This document shows, piece after piece, positions 16,789-26,548 of a DNA stretch of 64,000 nucleotides. The stretch lies in contig NZ_JAQNDL010000004.1 of the NCBI RefSeq assembly GCF_028368995.1, positions 192,001 through 256,000 of the forward strand, written 5' to 3'. The stretch comes from Nannocystis bainbridge. Lineage in GTDB: Bacteria; Myxococcota_A; Polyangia; Nannocystales; Nannocystaceae. The translations under genes and the position numbers were made by a program. The notes under the pieces are model-generated. The model had not been told where the DNA came from. It saw only the letters and a list, made by a program, of their open reading frames with translations, and searched no databases. Positions within the stretch are counted from its first letter, which is position 1; every line of letters begins with the position of its first letter.

Positions 16789-17955
16789 TCAGGTCGAGGC
16801 GCCGCAGGCAGAGGAGGCCAGGCCCGCGAGCACGGCCTCCATCGCGGTCCAGGTGTGGTCCCAGGAGCTGCCGCGCAGACAGGAGTCGACGCGCTGCAGC
16901 CAGCGGCGCCGGTCGCCGCGGTGGAGCTCGCAGGCGACGGCGATCACGAAGTCCTCGGGCTGATCGGCGATCGCCACCAGGCCCTGGATCGCGTAAGGAT
17001 TGATGACGTCGCGGATCGGGGTCGACACCACCGGCTTGCCGGCGGCCAGGTATTCGAGGGTCTGCGTCGGCTGGATCCGCCGCCTCGCCGCCTCGTGGCC
17101 GTAGGGGAGCAGGGCGACGTCCCAGCCGGCGAGGTAGGCCGGCAGCTCGGCGTACGCTTTGCGCCCGAGCTCGTGGATGTTGGGCCGCCGGGGCAGGCGC
17201 GGCCGGTCGGGGCCGCTGCCGTGATCGAGCAGGATGATGTGATAATCGGAGCGCAGGTCGGCGACGGCGACCAGGAGGTCGACGTCGATGTCGTCGAGCG
17301 GGCCGTAGAAGCCGAGGCGCCGCCCGGGGATGTCGCGCTGGTCGGCCGGGTCGGGGCCGCCGTCGCGGGCGCGGGTGAAGTGGGGGGCGTCGACGCCGTT
17401 CGGCAGCAGGTGGGCGCGCGCGCCGAGGTCGCGGGCGAGGTAACGCCCGGGCGCGTCGACGAACACGGCGTCGGCCCGGCGCAGGGCCTCTTCGCGCAGG
17501 AGGTCTTCACCGTCGTGGGGCGTGCGCGGCCCGTCGGCGCAATCGTAGTAGATGACGGCGGCTGGCTTGAGGTGACGACACGCCGAGAGGGCCCGCGGCG
17601 AATCGTGCCAGAGGAAGAATCCACCGAGGTGCAGCTCGCGGACGACGCCGTCGAGCAGACTGCGCAGCAGGGCGTCGCCCTCGTCGCCGGTCAGGCCGCG
17701 GGGCAGGTAGGGGGTGGCGACCACGAGGCCGTCCTTCGGTTCGAAGTCGATGCGCGGGGGTCCCGCAGTCGGGACGGCGGCCTCGACGAAGACGACGCGC
17801 CGCTGCCGCCCGCTGCGAGAGAGGAGGTGGCGGAGGCGCGGATGGGCGTCGTCCCACGCCTGCTGCGAGACGCAGAGGAGCGGGTGGTCGGCTGCGTTCG
17901 GGATCGGCGGGGGCCGATCGAGTTCGTTGACCAGAGTTTCGAGGCCGGCGCGCAT
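16789..17955 (-). CDS. glycosyltransferase family 4 (GT1-fold, group 1)
   Basis: LPNGVDAPHF and E...TLEYLAAGKPVVSTP motifs typical of GT4. The internal ATG at 17955 (MRAGLETL) was chosen. Upstream ORF sequence crosses an AT-richer promoter region and is unlikely to be coding. Confidence 0.75.
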   Translation of the reverse strand: MRAGLETLVNELDRPPPIPNAADHPLLCVSQQAWDDAHPRLRHLLSRSGRQRRVVFVEAAVPTAGPPRIDFEPKDGLVVATPYLPRGLTGDEGDALLRSLLDGVVRELHLGGFFLWHDSPRALSACRHLKPAAVIYYDCADGPRTPHDGEDLLREEALRRADAVFVDAPGRYLARDLGARAHLLPNGVDAPHFTRARDGGPDPADQRDIPGRRLGFYGPLDDIDVDLLVAVADLRSDYHIILLDHGSGPDRPRLPRRPNIHELGRKAYAELPAYLAGWDVALLPYGHEAARRRIQPTQTLEYLAAGKPVVSTPIRDVINPYAIQGLVAIADQPEDFVIAVACELHRGDRRRWLQRVDSCLRGSSWDHTWTAMEAVLAGLASSACGAST

Positions 17956-18094
17956 ACGCCAGGTATGGTCGGGCTCGGAAATGCGGCAACCTCGGATTTT
18001 CCCTTGCACCTGGTGGGGTCGGTCGGGCCCGCCGCCCCCCGCTCCCGCGACCCAGTCTCCCGCCGGTGGGACGCCTGAAAGTGTTATGATTTGC

Positions 18095-18117
18095 TGTGAC
18101 AGGTAAATCGTCACAGT
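18095..18117. promoter_or_regulatory. perfect inverted repeat CTGTGAC-N9-GTCACAG in the divergent promoter region between the glycosyltransferase gene and the KGG stress gene
   Basis: ctgtgacaggtaaatcgtcacag, embedded in a locally AT-richer stretch. Candidate operator. Confidence 0.4.
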
Positions 18118-18228
18118 CGAGCTTGTCGCGGCGCGCATACGCGCCATCATGTCGGCAACCTTGCGGTCCGGGCCCCTGCTCGATGTCGAGGAGGGTCGCG
18201 GCCCGCGCCAAAGGAATGTGAGGACGAT

Positions 18229-18663
18229 ATGCCGACCAGAGACGACAACCGCAACGAGAACAAGGGCGGGAACAAAGGCCAGCGGGGCGGGGCCGGCGGC
18301 GGGGGCGGCGGCGGGGGCGGCGGACGCGGCTTCGCCGGGATGGACGAAGAGAAGCAACGCGAGATCGCCAGCAAGGGCGGCCACGCAGCCCACGAGAAGG
18401 GCACGGCCCACGAGTTTACGTCGGAGGAGGCGCGGGAGGCGGGCCGCAAGGGCGGCGAGGCGGTCAGCCAGGACCGCGAGCACATGGCCGAGATCGGCGC
18501 CAAGGGCGGCCACGCGTCGCACGGCGGGGGCCGCCGCAGCGAGGGCGGCCGCGAGGAGAGCCGCAGCTCCGATGAACGCCGGAGCGAGCGCGGCGGTCAG
18601 GGCCAGGGCGGCGGCCAGGGCCAGGGCGGCGGCGGGCAGGGCGGCGGCCATCGCCAGCGCTGA
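18229..18663 (+). CDS. KGG-repeat general stress protein
   Basis: Repeated ...GAKGGHASHGGG / SKGGHAAHEKG / GRKGGEAV motifs match the stress-induced KGG repeat family, and the termini are Gly-rich. Confidence 0.85.
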   Translation: MPTRDDNRNENKGGNKGQRGGAGGGGGGGGGGRGFAGMDEEKQREIASKGGHAAHEKGTAHEFTSEEAREAGRKGGEAVSQDREHMAEIGAKGGHASHGGGRRSEGGREESRSSDERRSERGGQGQGGGQGQGGGGQGGGHRQR

Positions 18664-18819
18664 TGCCCGCGGCGGGGCCGCGATCGCCGGGGCCGGCCTC
18701 GGCGATCGCGTGAGACGCGAGGCACGCTCCATCGCCGTTTCTTCGAGCCCGACGAATCCTGGCAGGGCGGGGCTCCGCCGTAGCGACGCAATGAACGCTC
18801 GGGCGAGCGGTCGTCGCAA

Positions 18820-19416
18820 TCAGGATCGGGCGCTGGTCAAGGCCTGACGGGCGAGCGGGCCCTGGCCGATGTATTCGCTGGACCTCGGCCGCGCAGGCGG
18901 GCCCGGGAGGTCGCCGGGGGCGAAGCTGACGAGGACGCTCGCCGCCAGCTCGGCAGGCTCGCGCTGCGCCCGCTCGGCGGTGGCCCGGAAGCCGGCCAGA
19001 GCGGCGGCGGTCGGAAAGCGGACGACGAGGCTTGAGCGATCGGGCAACGGCGGCGCGGGCCACAGATGCTCGCAGGCGAGGCCGTCGAGGCTGAGCCGGG
19101 CGATGAAAGGGTCGCCGTCCAGGCTGAGCTCGCGGTAGCGCCGCTGGGCCTTGAGGAGAGGATGCGGCCCCATCCGCGCCTCGACGGCCGCGACGTCGAG
19201 CTCGTGACCGGCCCGCAGCGCCGGCTCGAGCGCCGCCTGCCACAATTGCTCGAAGCTCGCCTCGACCTGAGAGCGCAGCGGCTGGACCTCCGGATCGGTC
19301 GCGGGCTCGCGGCGGCGGTCCAAGAATCGGCGGGTCTGATACGACAATGCACATTGCACGACCGCAGGCTCGGGTCGCCGCCGGGTTGCAGGATCGCCGT
19401 CGAACATCCTATCCAA
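18820..19416 (-). CDS. hypothetical protein
   Basis: The composition is diverse (F, Y, W, Q present) and third-position G/C on the minus strand is high. No family recognised. The start is uncertain. Confidence 0.4.
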   Translation of the reverse strand: MDRMFDGDPATRRRPEPAVVQCALSYQTRRFLDRRREPATDPEVQPLRSQVEASFEQLWQAALEPALRAGHELDVAAVEARMGPHPLLKAQRRYRELSLDGDPFIARLSLDGLACEHLWPAPPLPDRSSLVVRFPTAAALAGFRATAERAQREPAELAASVLVSFAPGDLPGPPARPRSSEYIGQGPLARQALTSARS

Positions 19417-19747
19417 CTAAATCGAGTGGGCCGAACGGGTCAACTGGCAAATACCCGCGAGGGCGACTCACCCGCGAGCGAGGCGGGCTCGGCCCGCACA
19501 GCAGATTCAGCAGTGCGGATCGCTGGTATGGAGAGGTATTGGCGGGATCCGCCGCGGTGTATCCATGGTCCCCCTGGCAGGGATTCAGGGGGCCCGGGGT
19601 GGCCGGTATGCGGGCGGCCGCGGGTTTCTCCGCAGCGCGCTACGATCAATGTCGGGGGCCCGCGACCTCCTCCGAATCGGAGGTGTGCTCGCCAGGCCGG
19701 AGATTGCGGCGAGGACAGCATTCGCAGGTTCGAGCTCGAACCTGCGT

Positions 19748-21067
19748 TCAGCCGCTCGTCGCTCGTCGCATGCGCACCCCGGTGGCCGGGCCGAGGGTGA
19801 TCCGGCGGCGGACGATCGGGACCGGGCCGGGCTCGCGCAGCTGCAGGATCGCCGCGCGCAGCGTCACGGCCAGAGCGATCCGCAGCTCGTACAGCGACAG
19901 GGCGGCGCCGAGGCAGCGGCGGTTGCCGCCGCCGAACGGGACGAACTCGGAGGCGCCCGGCTTGCGGTCGAGCATGCGCTGCGGCTCGAAGCGGGTGGGG
20001 TCGGGATAGAGGTCGGCGCGCTGGTGCACGAGCGGCAGGGCGACGCCGACCGCGGTGCCGACGGGCAGCTCGTGATCGCCGAGGCGCCACGGTCGCTTGA
20101 GGCGGCGCAGCACCATCTCGACGACGGGGTGCAGGCGCAGGGTCTCGTCGATCACGGCGCCGAGGTAAGGCAGGCGGGCCAGCTCCTCGGGCGCGTCGGA
20201 GGCGGCGGCGAGCTCGGCCAGCAGGCGGGCGCGGACGTGGGCGTTCTCGGGCCGGTGGAGCTCCTCGAGCGCGGCGGCGAAGGTGGTGGCGGTGGTCTCG
20301 TGGCCGGCGATCAGCAGGGTGCGCAGCTCGTCGCGGATGTCGCGGTCGGCCATGCGCGAGCCGTCGTCGTAGCGCGCGGCGAGCATCATCGAGAGGATGT
20401 CGTCGCGCTCGCCGGCGCGCTCGCGGACGCGATCGATCTGCGCGTAGAGGAGGCTGTCGACGGCGTCCGAGCGGCGCAGGAACCGGGCCCACGGACCGAG
20501 CCCGAACGGGGCCCGCTGGAAGGCCTCGGCGGCCATGAAGATCGGCAAGGCGGCGTCGAGCATGGCCACCAGCGCCTGCGTGTGCCGCTCGACCAGCGCC
20601 CGCTCCTCGACGCCGTAAACGGCGCGCACGATGACCTCGAGCGAGATCCGCAGGCCCAGGTCGAGGGCGCGGAACTCCTGGCCCGGGGCGATGGCGGCGA
20701 CGGCCTGGTGCGCCGCCTCGGCCATGGTCTCGCCGAAGGCCCGCATGCGCTCGCCGTGGAACGGCGGCATCAGCAGCTTGCGCTCGCGCCGGTGCGGCTC
20801 GCCGTCCATCAACAGCAGCGAGCGCTGGCCGAACAGCGGGACCAGAGTGGTGCTGCCGAAGCTGTCGAACAGGTCGATGTCGTGGATGGCGAAGATCTCG
20901 CGGGCGAGCCGCGGATCGGCGGTGAGGACCAGGTTGCCGTGGGCGAGCGGGAGCGTGAACGGGTCGCCGTATCGATCGCGCGCGCGCGTCATCGCGTCGA
21001 TCGGATCGCGCATCACCGCGAAGCTGGTCCACAAGGTCGATCGCGGCCCGGGCGGGAGTGCGGCCAT
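19748..21067 (-). CDS. cytochrome P450
   Basis: Heme-binding loop FGGGNRRCLGAALS, I-helix AGHETT and an ExxR motif are present. The internal ATG gives MAALPPGPRSTLW and a protein of about 440 aa. Confidence 0.9.
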   Translation of the reverse strand: MAALPPGPRSTLWTSFAVMRDPIDAMTRARDRYGDPFTLPLAHGNLVLTADPRLAREIFAIHDIDLFDSFGSTTLVPLFGQRSLLLMDGEPHRRERKLLMPPFHGERMRAFGETMAEAAHQAVAAIAPGQEFRALDLGLRISLEVIVRAVYGVEERALVERHTQALVAMLDAALPIFMAAEAFQRAPFGLGPWARFLRRSDAVDSLLYAQIDRVRERAGERDDILSMMLAARYDDGSRMADRDIRDELRTLLIAGHETTATTFAAALEELHRPENAHVRARLLAELAAASDAPEELARLPYLGAVIDETLRLHPVVEMVLRRLKRPWRLGDHELPVGTAVGVALPLVHQRADLYPDPTRFEPQRMLDRKPGASEFVPFGGGNRRCLGAALSLYELRIALAVTLRAAILQLREPGPVPIVRRRITLGPATGVRMRRATSG

Positions 21068-21879
21068 GGCGAATGGTCGCGGATGCGGCCGCGGTTGCCA
21101 ATGGCCCGAGATCGCGCGAGCTCGAGTCCGGCGCGATCGCAGGGAACAGCGGTATTTCGCAAGTCGCGGCGCGCCCTGGGTATCGTCGAGGGATGCGACC
21201 GACGACGCGTGAACCAGAATCTGCGAGCATCGACACGAGCACGACCGCGGGGCCGCGCCCGGAGGCAGGGAGCCCACGGACGCAGCGCCTCCGCCTGCGA
21301 ACCGGCATCAAGGCCGGCGACAAGACGGACAGCGAGCAGGCAGGCAACGAGCACTCCTCGTGAGCCGGGCGGCGCGGGGCTCGGGCGAGCCCCGCGCCGA
21401 GATTGTCGAGCTTCCTTCAGAGGTCGGAGCGGCGCCGGGAGCAGGAGCCCGGTGCCGAGAAATTTTTTTGTGGGGCCAGCCATCCTTCAAGAGGCCGGAT
21501 CTCGCAGGGCGAACAGCGACGACGAGCGAGCTCGACAGCCACGGTCGAGGCCCGCAGCCCCGGCGTCACGAGCGTCCGGGCGAGCGAACGGCCCTGACGC
21601 CGCGCTCTCGTGAAACGTGGCCAGGCTGAGTCCGGTGACCGGGCAGGCCGCTCGGGGGCGCCGAGGAGGGTCCCGCGCCGTCGACGAATTCGACGCGCGA
21701 GCCCGGCAGAAACAGTGAATGGCGCGCGCCTTGTGCGCGATCGAGGCCCTTCGATTTGCCAGCGCGAAACGAACTGCCACGAATCGCCCTGCAGAGGCCG
21801 ATCCTGCGGCGCTTGCGACGCTTAGGCGGAAGGACGGCCGGCGCAACTGCGACAAAGATGTGCGCAGGAGAAAATCCAG

Positions 21880-22071
21880 ATGAACCGCGACCAACTCGAA
21901 GGCAAGTGGGAGCAGCTCAAGGGCAAGGCCAAGGAGCTGTGGGGCAACCTGACGGACGACGATTTCCTCAAGGCCGAGGGCAAGCGCGACAAGCTGTGCG
22001 GGATCATCCAGGAGCGGTCCGGCGAGCGGCGCGAGGACATCGAGCGCAAGCTCCAGGACCACAACCTGTAG
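21880..22071 (+). CDS. csbD: CsbD-family general stress protein, copy 1
   Basis: [53 protein letters not shown] is the canonical CsbD fold sequence. An AGGAG ribosome-binding site is present. Confidence 0.9.
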   Translation: MNRDQLEGKWEQLKGKAKELWGNLTDDDFLKAEGKRDKLCGIIQERSGERREDIERKLQDHNL

Positions 22072-22099
22072 ACCGCATTCCCCGGCACCCACGGTGCCA

Positions 22100-22117
22100 C
22101 GCCCCCGATCGGGGGCG
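22100..22117 (+). terminator. perfect 18-bp palindrome CGCCCCCGATCGGGGGCG 3-prime of csbD copy 1 (hairpin without U-tract)
   Basis: Seen directly, 28 nt after the stop. In high-GC genomes intrinsic-like terminators often lack a T-run. Confidence 0.4.
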
Positions 22118-22250
22118 GATTGCCGAGACACCCACCCGAGAGGCGCTGCGTCGATTCGCAGAACGACACGCCGGCATCACGCGGTTCCCCGCGGGAGCCA
22201 GGCCGGGCGTCGCAGAGCCTCTCACTCGAACCACGACAACGAGGATCACG

Positions 22251-22526
22251 ATGAACTTCAAGACTCCCATTCTCATCACCCTGGCGTTCTCCTTCATCCC
22301 CGCGTTCGGCTGCGCCAACAGCAAGATCGCCCGCAAGGATCAGGCCGAAGACGGCATGGTTCGCCAGGAGGAGCGCATCGACAACCGCCAGGAGAACATC
22401 GACGAGAAGCAGGCCGACCCCGACAACTCCGCGAACAAGGAAGAGCGCCTCGAGAACCGCGAGGACCGGCTCGAGGAGCGTGAGGACAAGCTGAAGGCCA
22501 ACGACGGCCAGCCCAACACGCCCTGA
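22251..22526 (+). CDS. small charged lipoprotein (Glu/Arg/Asp-rich)
   Basis: MNFKTPILITLAFSFIPAFGCANS lipobox, then EERIDNRQENIDEKQ... The segment is lower in GC. Upstream ORF sequence is artefact. Confidence 0.6.
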   Translation: MNFKTPILITLAFSFIPAFGCANSKIARKDQAEDGMVRQEERIDNRQENIDEKQADPDNSANKEERLENREDRLEEREDKLKANDGQPNTP

Positions 22527-22628
22527 GCTCCTTCGTGAGCGTCGCGGAGGCCGGCTCGTCCGTGCCTCCGCGGCGGCGTTTCAGCCCGGCGCACCGCGCC
22601 ACGAGATTTTGGCGCGACGAGGACGAAC

Positions 22629-24194
22629 ATGTCCGAATTTCACTCCGGCATCGAGCGAGCGAATTTTTTAGTGTCCGAGCCGACCTTCGCGCGGCCGCCC
22701 GAGGCGGTCGAGGCGACCCCGGCGGACCGCCCGAGTCGCTACTACCAGCCCGACCCGACCCACCCCGAGCGATTGCTGCGTGTCGACGCCGACGACCGGG
22801 CGCCCGCGCAGGCCGATCTGACGGCGACGGCGATGCACGGGGCGTTCCGCGCGTTCATCCTCGACCCGCATTACCCGTGCGTCGGGGCGCGCAGCGCTGT
22901 CAACAACCATGCGTATCGCCTGGGCATCTACGACCCGCTCGGCGGCCCGGAGGCGACGGCGGCGCTGGCCCGCGATCTGGCGGCGTTCACCCGCGGCCTC
23001 GACGACATGGACGCGTCGTTCGCGACCTTCGTGGCGATCTTCGACGGCCCGCAGGACTGCGACGAGCAGGCGTTCGAGCGGGCGCTGTGGACCCAACTGC
23101 AGGCGCTGCACGAGGCCGACGCGGCGCCGTGGGATTCGTCGGTGAGCAGCGATCCCGACGACCCGCACTTCTCGTTCAGCTACGCGGGCACGGCGTTCTT
23201 CATCGTCGGCCTGCACCCGGGCAGCAACCGCCTGAGCCGCAAGTTCCCGTGGCCGGCGCTGGTGTTCAACCCGCACGCGCAGTTCGAGCGCCTGCGCGAG
23301 ACCGGCAAGTACGCCCGCATGCAGACGGTGGTGCGCAACAAGGAGCGCGCGCTGCAGGGCGACATCAACCCGGTGCTCGGGGATTTCGGCGGCAACAGCG
23401 AGGCGCGGCAGTACAGCGGGCGCCTGGTCGAGCCGGACTGGCGCCCGCCGTTCCAGGTCCGCGGCGAAGACGACGCGGCCGTCCAGGACGAGCCCGCGGC
23501 CCCCGCCGGCTGTCCGTTCCATCACCATTCCCGGAGCGCGAACCGGAGCGATACGCCGGAGGGTCCTCGCATGCTGCCGACACCGACCGCCCAGCCGCGG
23601 CCCGGGGTGCGTTACCGGATCCCGGCGCACTCGGGCGTGGCCTTCACGATCACGCGCGGGCAGTTGCTGCGCATCGTCGACCCGCAGGGCCGGCAGGTGT
23701 GTGACCTCTACAGCCTGGCGCGCGAGGAGCTGCGCGAGCACCTGAGCTCGGGCCGCAGCATCGACTACGCCGACAAGCTGTACCTCTCGACCGGCGACGT
23801 GCTCTACAGCAACCGCGAGCGGGCGATGTGGACGATCGGGCGCGACGACGTCGGGCGCCACGATCTGGTGCTCACGCCCTGCAGCCCGGAGATGTACCGC
23901 CGGCTGCGCGGCGACGACGGCACGCACCCGAGCTGCTACGAGAACCTGCGCGGGCCGCTGTCACACTTCGGCGTCGAGTCCGACAGCATCGGCTCGACCT
24001 TCAACATCTTCATGGACGTGCGCTTCGATCCCACGAGCGGCAAGATGACGATCGCGGCGCCGCCCAGCCGGGCCGGCGACTGCATCGAGCTGCGCGCCGA
24101 GATGGACATGGTCGTCGGCCTGACCGCGTGCTCGAGCGAGGTCACCAACGACGGCAGCCTCAAGCCGATCGACTTCGAGCTGGTCGTCGAATGA
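22629..24194 (+). CDS. fusion protein: N-terminal YqcI/YcgG family domain plus C-terminal DUF1989-like (urea-carboxylase-associated family) domain
   Basis: The N-terminal roughly 230 aa carry HYPCVGARSAV, AFxxFVAIFDGP and FFIVGLHP, which resemble the conserved FPCxFA and surrounding blocks of YqcI/YcgG. The C-terminal roughly 200 aa (CSPEMY...DCIELRAEMD...TACSSEVTN) resemble DUF1989. Confidence 0.75.
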   Translation: MSEFHSGIERANFLVSEPTFARPPEAVEATPADRPSRYYQPDPTHPERLLRVDADDRAPAQADLTATAMHGAFRAFILDPHYPCVGARSAVNNHAYRLGIYDPLGGPEATAALARDLAAFTRGLDDMDASFATFVAIFDGPQDCDEQAFERALWTQLQALHEADAAPWDSSVSSDPDDPHFSFSYAGTAFFIVGLHPGSNRLSRKFPWPALVFNPHAQFERLRETGKYARMQTVVRNKERALQGDINPVLGDFGGNSEARQYSGRLVEPDWRPPFQVRGEDDAAVQDEPAAPAGCPFHHHSRSANRSDTPEGPRMLPTPTAQPRPGVRYRIPAHSGVAFTITRGQLLRIVDPQGRQVCDLYSLAREELREHLSSGRSIDYADKLYLSTGDVLYSNRERAMWTIGRDDVGRHDLVLTPCSPEMYRRLRGDDGTHPSCYENLRGPLSHFGVESDSIGSTFNIFMDVRFDPTSGKMTIAAPPSRAGDCIELRAEMDMVVGLTACSSEVTNDGSLKPIDFELVVE

Positions 24195-24269
24195 GCTGCG
24201 AGTGAGGCCGGCGCGCGCCGGCCCGAGCGCGCCGCCGGAGCGCGTGCCTGCGGGCGCGCGGCCCGGCGG

Positions 24270-25160
24270 TTATCGCTTTTTCGGGCGCTCGCCGAACATG
24301 GCGACCAGCTGCTGCTCGGCGGCGTCGGCCAGGACGTCGCGGCCGAGCCGGCTCTCTTCGCCGAAGAAGGCGTTGGCGGCCCGGGTGTCGAACACGTGGG
24401 TGGCCAGCAGGGCGAACGCGGTCTCCTCGTCGGTCGCGTCCTCGGAGGTGATGACGCGGCGCCCGGGGTCCTCGTCCTCGCGCTCGAACCGGCCCTCCCA
24501 GCGATCGCCGAGGGCGCGGCTGAAGTACTGCGCGGCCAGGTTGCCGGTGCGGGCCATGTGACCCGAGCCGATGACGACGCGCAGCTGCGACCACTGCTCG
24601 GCGTCCATCTCGGCCACCCAGGCGCCGAAGGTGGCGTGGGTGGTCTGCAGCTGATCGGCGGCGGCGTCGGCGATGTTGGCGCGGATGTCGTCCATCTGCG
24701 CGCGCAGGAACTCGCGCAGGCGGGCCTGGGTGACGGTGCCGGCGGCCAGCACGGCGGCGATGAACTCGCGGGAGGCGACCAGCAGCCGGCGCTGACGCGT
24801 GGTCTGGTCGGCGTCGAGGCCGGCATCGGGGAGCACCTTCGAGGCCTCGTCGGCGCGGCGGGCGAGCTCGGTCAGGCGCTCCCGCGATTCGTCGTCGAGC
24901 TCGCCGCCGCTGTCGCCGAGGATGGTCTGGATCGCCAGCGGCAGGTGGCAGATGGTCTTGAGCTGGTGATAATGGCGGGTCCGCGCCGGGCCGACGCGAC
25001 GCCGGCCGCCGCTCCGCAGGTACAGCGAATCGCCGACGTGGACCAGCGACGGCCCGAGCCCGGCCAGCACGGCCCGCTGACGGGCGGCGTAGTACTCGAG
25101 GAAGGCTTCGTTGAGCTGGGCGATCGGGTCGCTCGGGTCGAGCGCGGACGGGGTGGCCAT
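24270..25160 (-). CDS. hypothetical protein
   Basis: A clean, diverse sequence (MATPSALDPSDPIAQLNEAFLEYYAARQRAVL...). No family recognised. Confidence 0.55.
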   Translation of the reverse strand: MATPSALDPSDPIAQLNEAFLEYYAARQRAVLAGLGPSLVHVGDSLYLRSGGRRRVGPARTRHYHQLKTICHLPLAIQTILGDSGGELDDESRERLTELARRADEASKVLPDAGLDADQTTRQRRLLVASREFIAAVLAAGTVTQARLREFLRAQMDDIRANIADAAADQLQTTHATFGAWVAEMDAEQWSQLRVVIGSGHMARTGNLAAQYFSRALGDRWEGRFEREDEDPGRRVITSEDATDEETAFALLATHVFDTRAANAFFGEESRLGRDVLADAAEQQLVAMFGERPKKR

Positions 25161-25346
25161 CGGGGGAGGCTGAGGCATTGCGACTGGGCCGATGCATGGC
25201 ATGGTTCGCCGCGGACGCACCCGGGCGCGCGGCGAGGCGGGCTTCGTGGGCTTCGGGGGTGGTCGCCGGCGCGGGCGCCGACGGCTCGCGCTCGATGCAC
25301 CGCGCGGGGCTGGTGGCCGCCCCGTCGCGGGCGTTAGGATGCTTCA

Positions 25347-26443
25347 TGGATCTGCAGGGACTGCTCGACCGCCAGCCAGAGCTCGCCGCGCTGTTCGCCC
25401 CACCGGCGGAGCCGGGGGCGGTCGCTGCGTTGCAGCGGGAGCTCGGGCTCGCTGTCCCCGACGCCTTCCATGCGCTGTTCGGGCTCGCCGATGGGTCCGT
25501 CGGTTGGGAGTCGCCGTACGACGCGCGCCACCTGCTGGCCGACGACGGGCTCGTGCTGCACTCGCTCGCGGAGGTGCGAGGCTGGAAGCGATTCTGGGAC
25601 GACCTGGCACGCGATTTCGCTGCGCTCGACGAGGCCGCGCGGCAGCTCGTGTTTCACCACGCGTTCTGGCACCCCGACTGGATACCGCTGGCGCAGAGCG
25701 GGATGGGCGACGTGTACGCGCTCGCCACGACGCCCTGATTCGGCGGCCCGGCGCACCAGGTCGTGCGCTTCGACACCAAGGGCGACGTTTGGTGGGAGGT
25801 CGTCAGCCCGTCGCTCGCGGCCTTCGTCGGGCTGCTCGCCACGCTCCTCGAGCGCGGCGAGCCGGGCCTGCCCTCGTGGAAGCTGGCGCAGCTGTCGCCG
25901 TACGCGCGGCGCGTCGAGCTGCTCCCGATCACCGCGGACCGGTTCGAGCGCGAGGGCGTGCTCCTGGCCGACGTCGCCTGTCCGCCGCCACGCCCGCCGA
26001 CGCCCTCGCTCGGAGCGCTGGCGAGACGGGCGGCCGAGGAGCACGGCGTCGACGAGGCCGCGCTGATCGAGCGAGTCACCGCCGCGGCCCGCCGTGCGAT
26101 CCCGATCGTGTTCGGCGAGGGTCGTCGGGTGGAGGCCGGCTTCGAGGACGAGACCGGCGAGCTGCGATTGTGGTGCGTGGTGATCGTCACCGACGATCTG
26201 CAGCGCCCGGGGCTCGAGATCGAAGTCGCGGCCGCGAGCGAGGTGCTCGGTCCGCTCGATGTCGGCGACGAGCTGTCACTGGTGGTCCCGTTCCGTGACG
26301 ATCCGACCGAGGAGGCGGCGGCCGCGGAGCAGTCCCGGATGTATGGCGCGCTGCTGGCGTGGGATGACGACTGGGCGCGGCGGCTCGACGAGTGGCGCGC
26401 CGCCTACCGCGAGATCGTCGCCGGGGCGCTGCGACAGCCCTGA
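25347..26443 (+). pseudogene. SMI1/KNR4 (SUKH-1) family gene interrupted by an in-frame TGA at 25736..25738
   Basis: ORFs 25178..25738 (real start MDLQGLLD at 25347) and 25763..26443 are in the same frame. The joined translation reads ...GDVYALATTP*FGGPAHQVVRFDTKGDVWWEVVSPSLAAFVGLL..., which is continuous SMI1/KNR4-like sequence. Confidence 0.55.
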
Positions 26444-26478
26444 CGAGGGGAGCGATGCTGCGGGCCCGGCGGTCCGTA

Positions 26479-26532
26479 CGGACATGTTCGCATGGGCATG
26501 TTCGATGGGACATGACCCGAGGGACCTGTCCC
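26479..26532. repeat. 14-bp periodic palindromic repeat array, 4 units (CATG/CCTG at 26483, 26497, 26511, 26525)
   Basis: cggaCATGttcgcatgggCATGttcgatgggaCATGacccgagggaCCTGtccc, lying between the convergent 3-prime ends of the SMI1 gene and the dehydrogenase gene. Confidence 0.85.
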
Positions 26533-26548
26533 TTCGAACTTATCATTC

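Noticed and set aside
25736-25738. In-frame TGA as a selenocysteine codon
   Set aside because: No SECIS-like hairpin follows the codon, and the SMI1/KNR4 family is not known to be a selenoprotein family. A nonsense mutation or sequencing error is more parsimonious.
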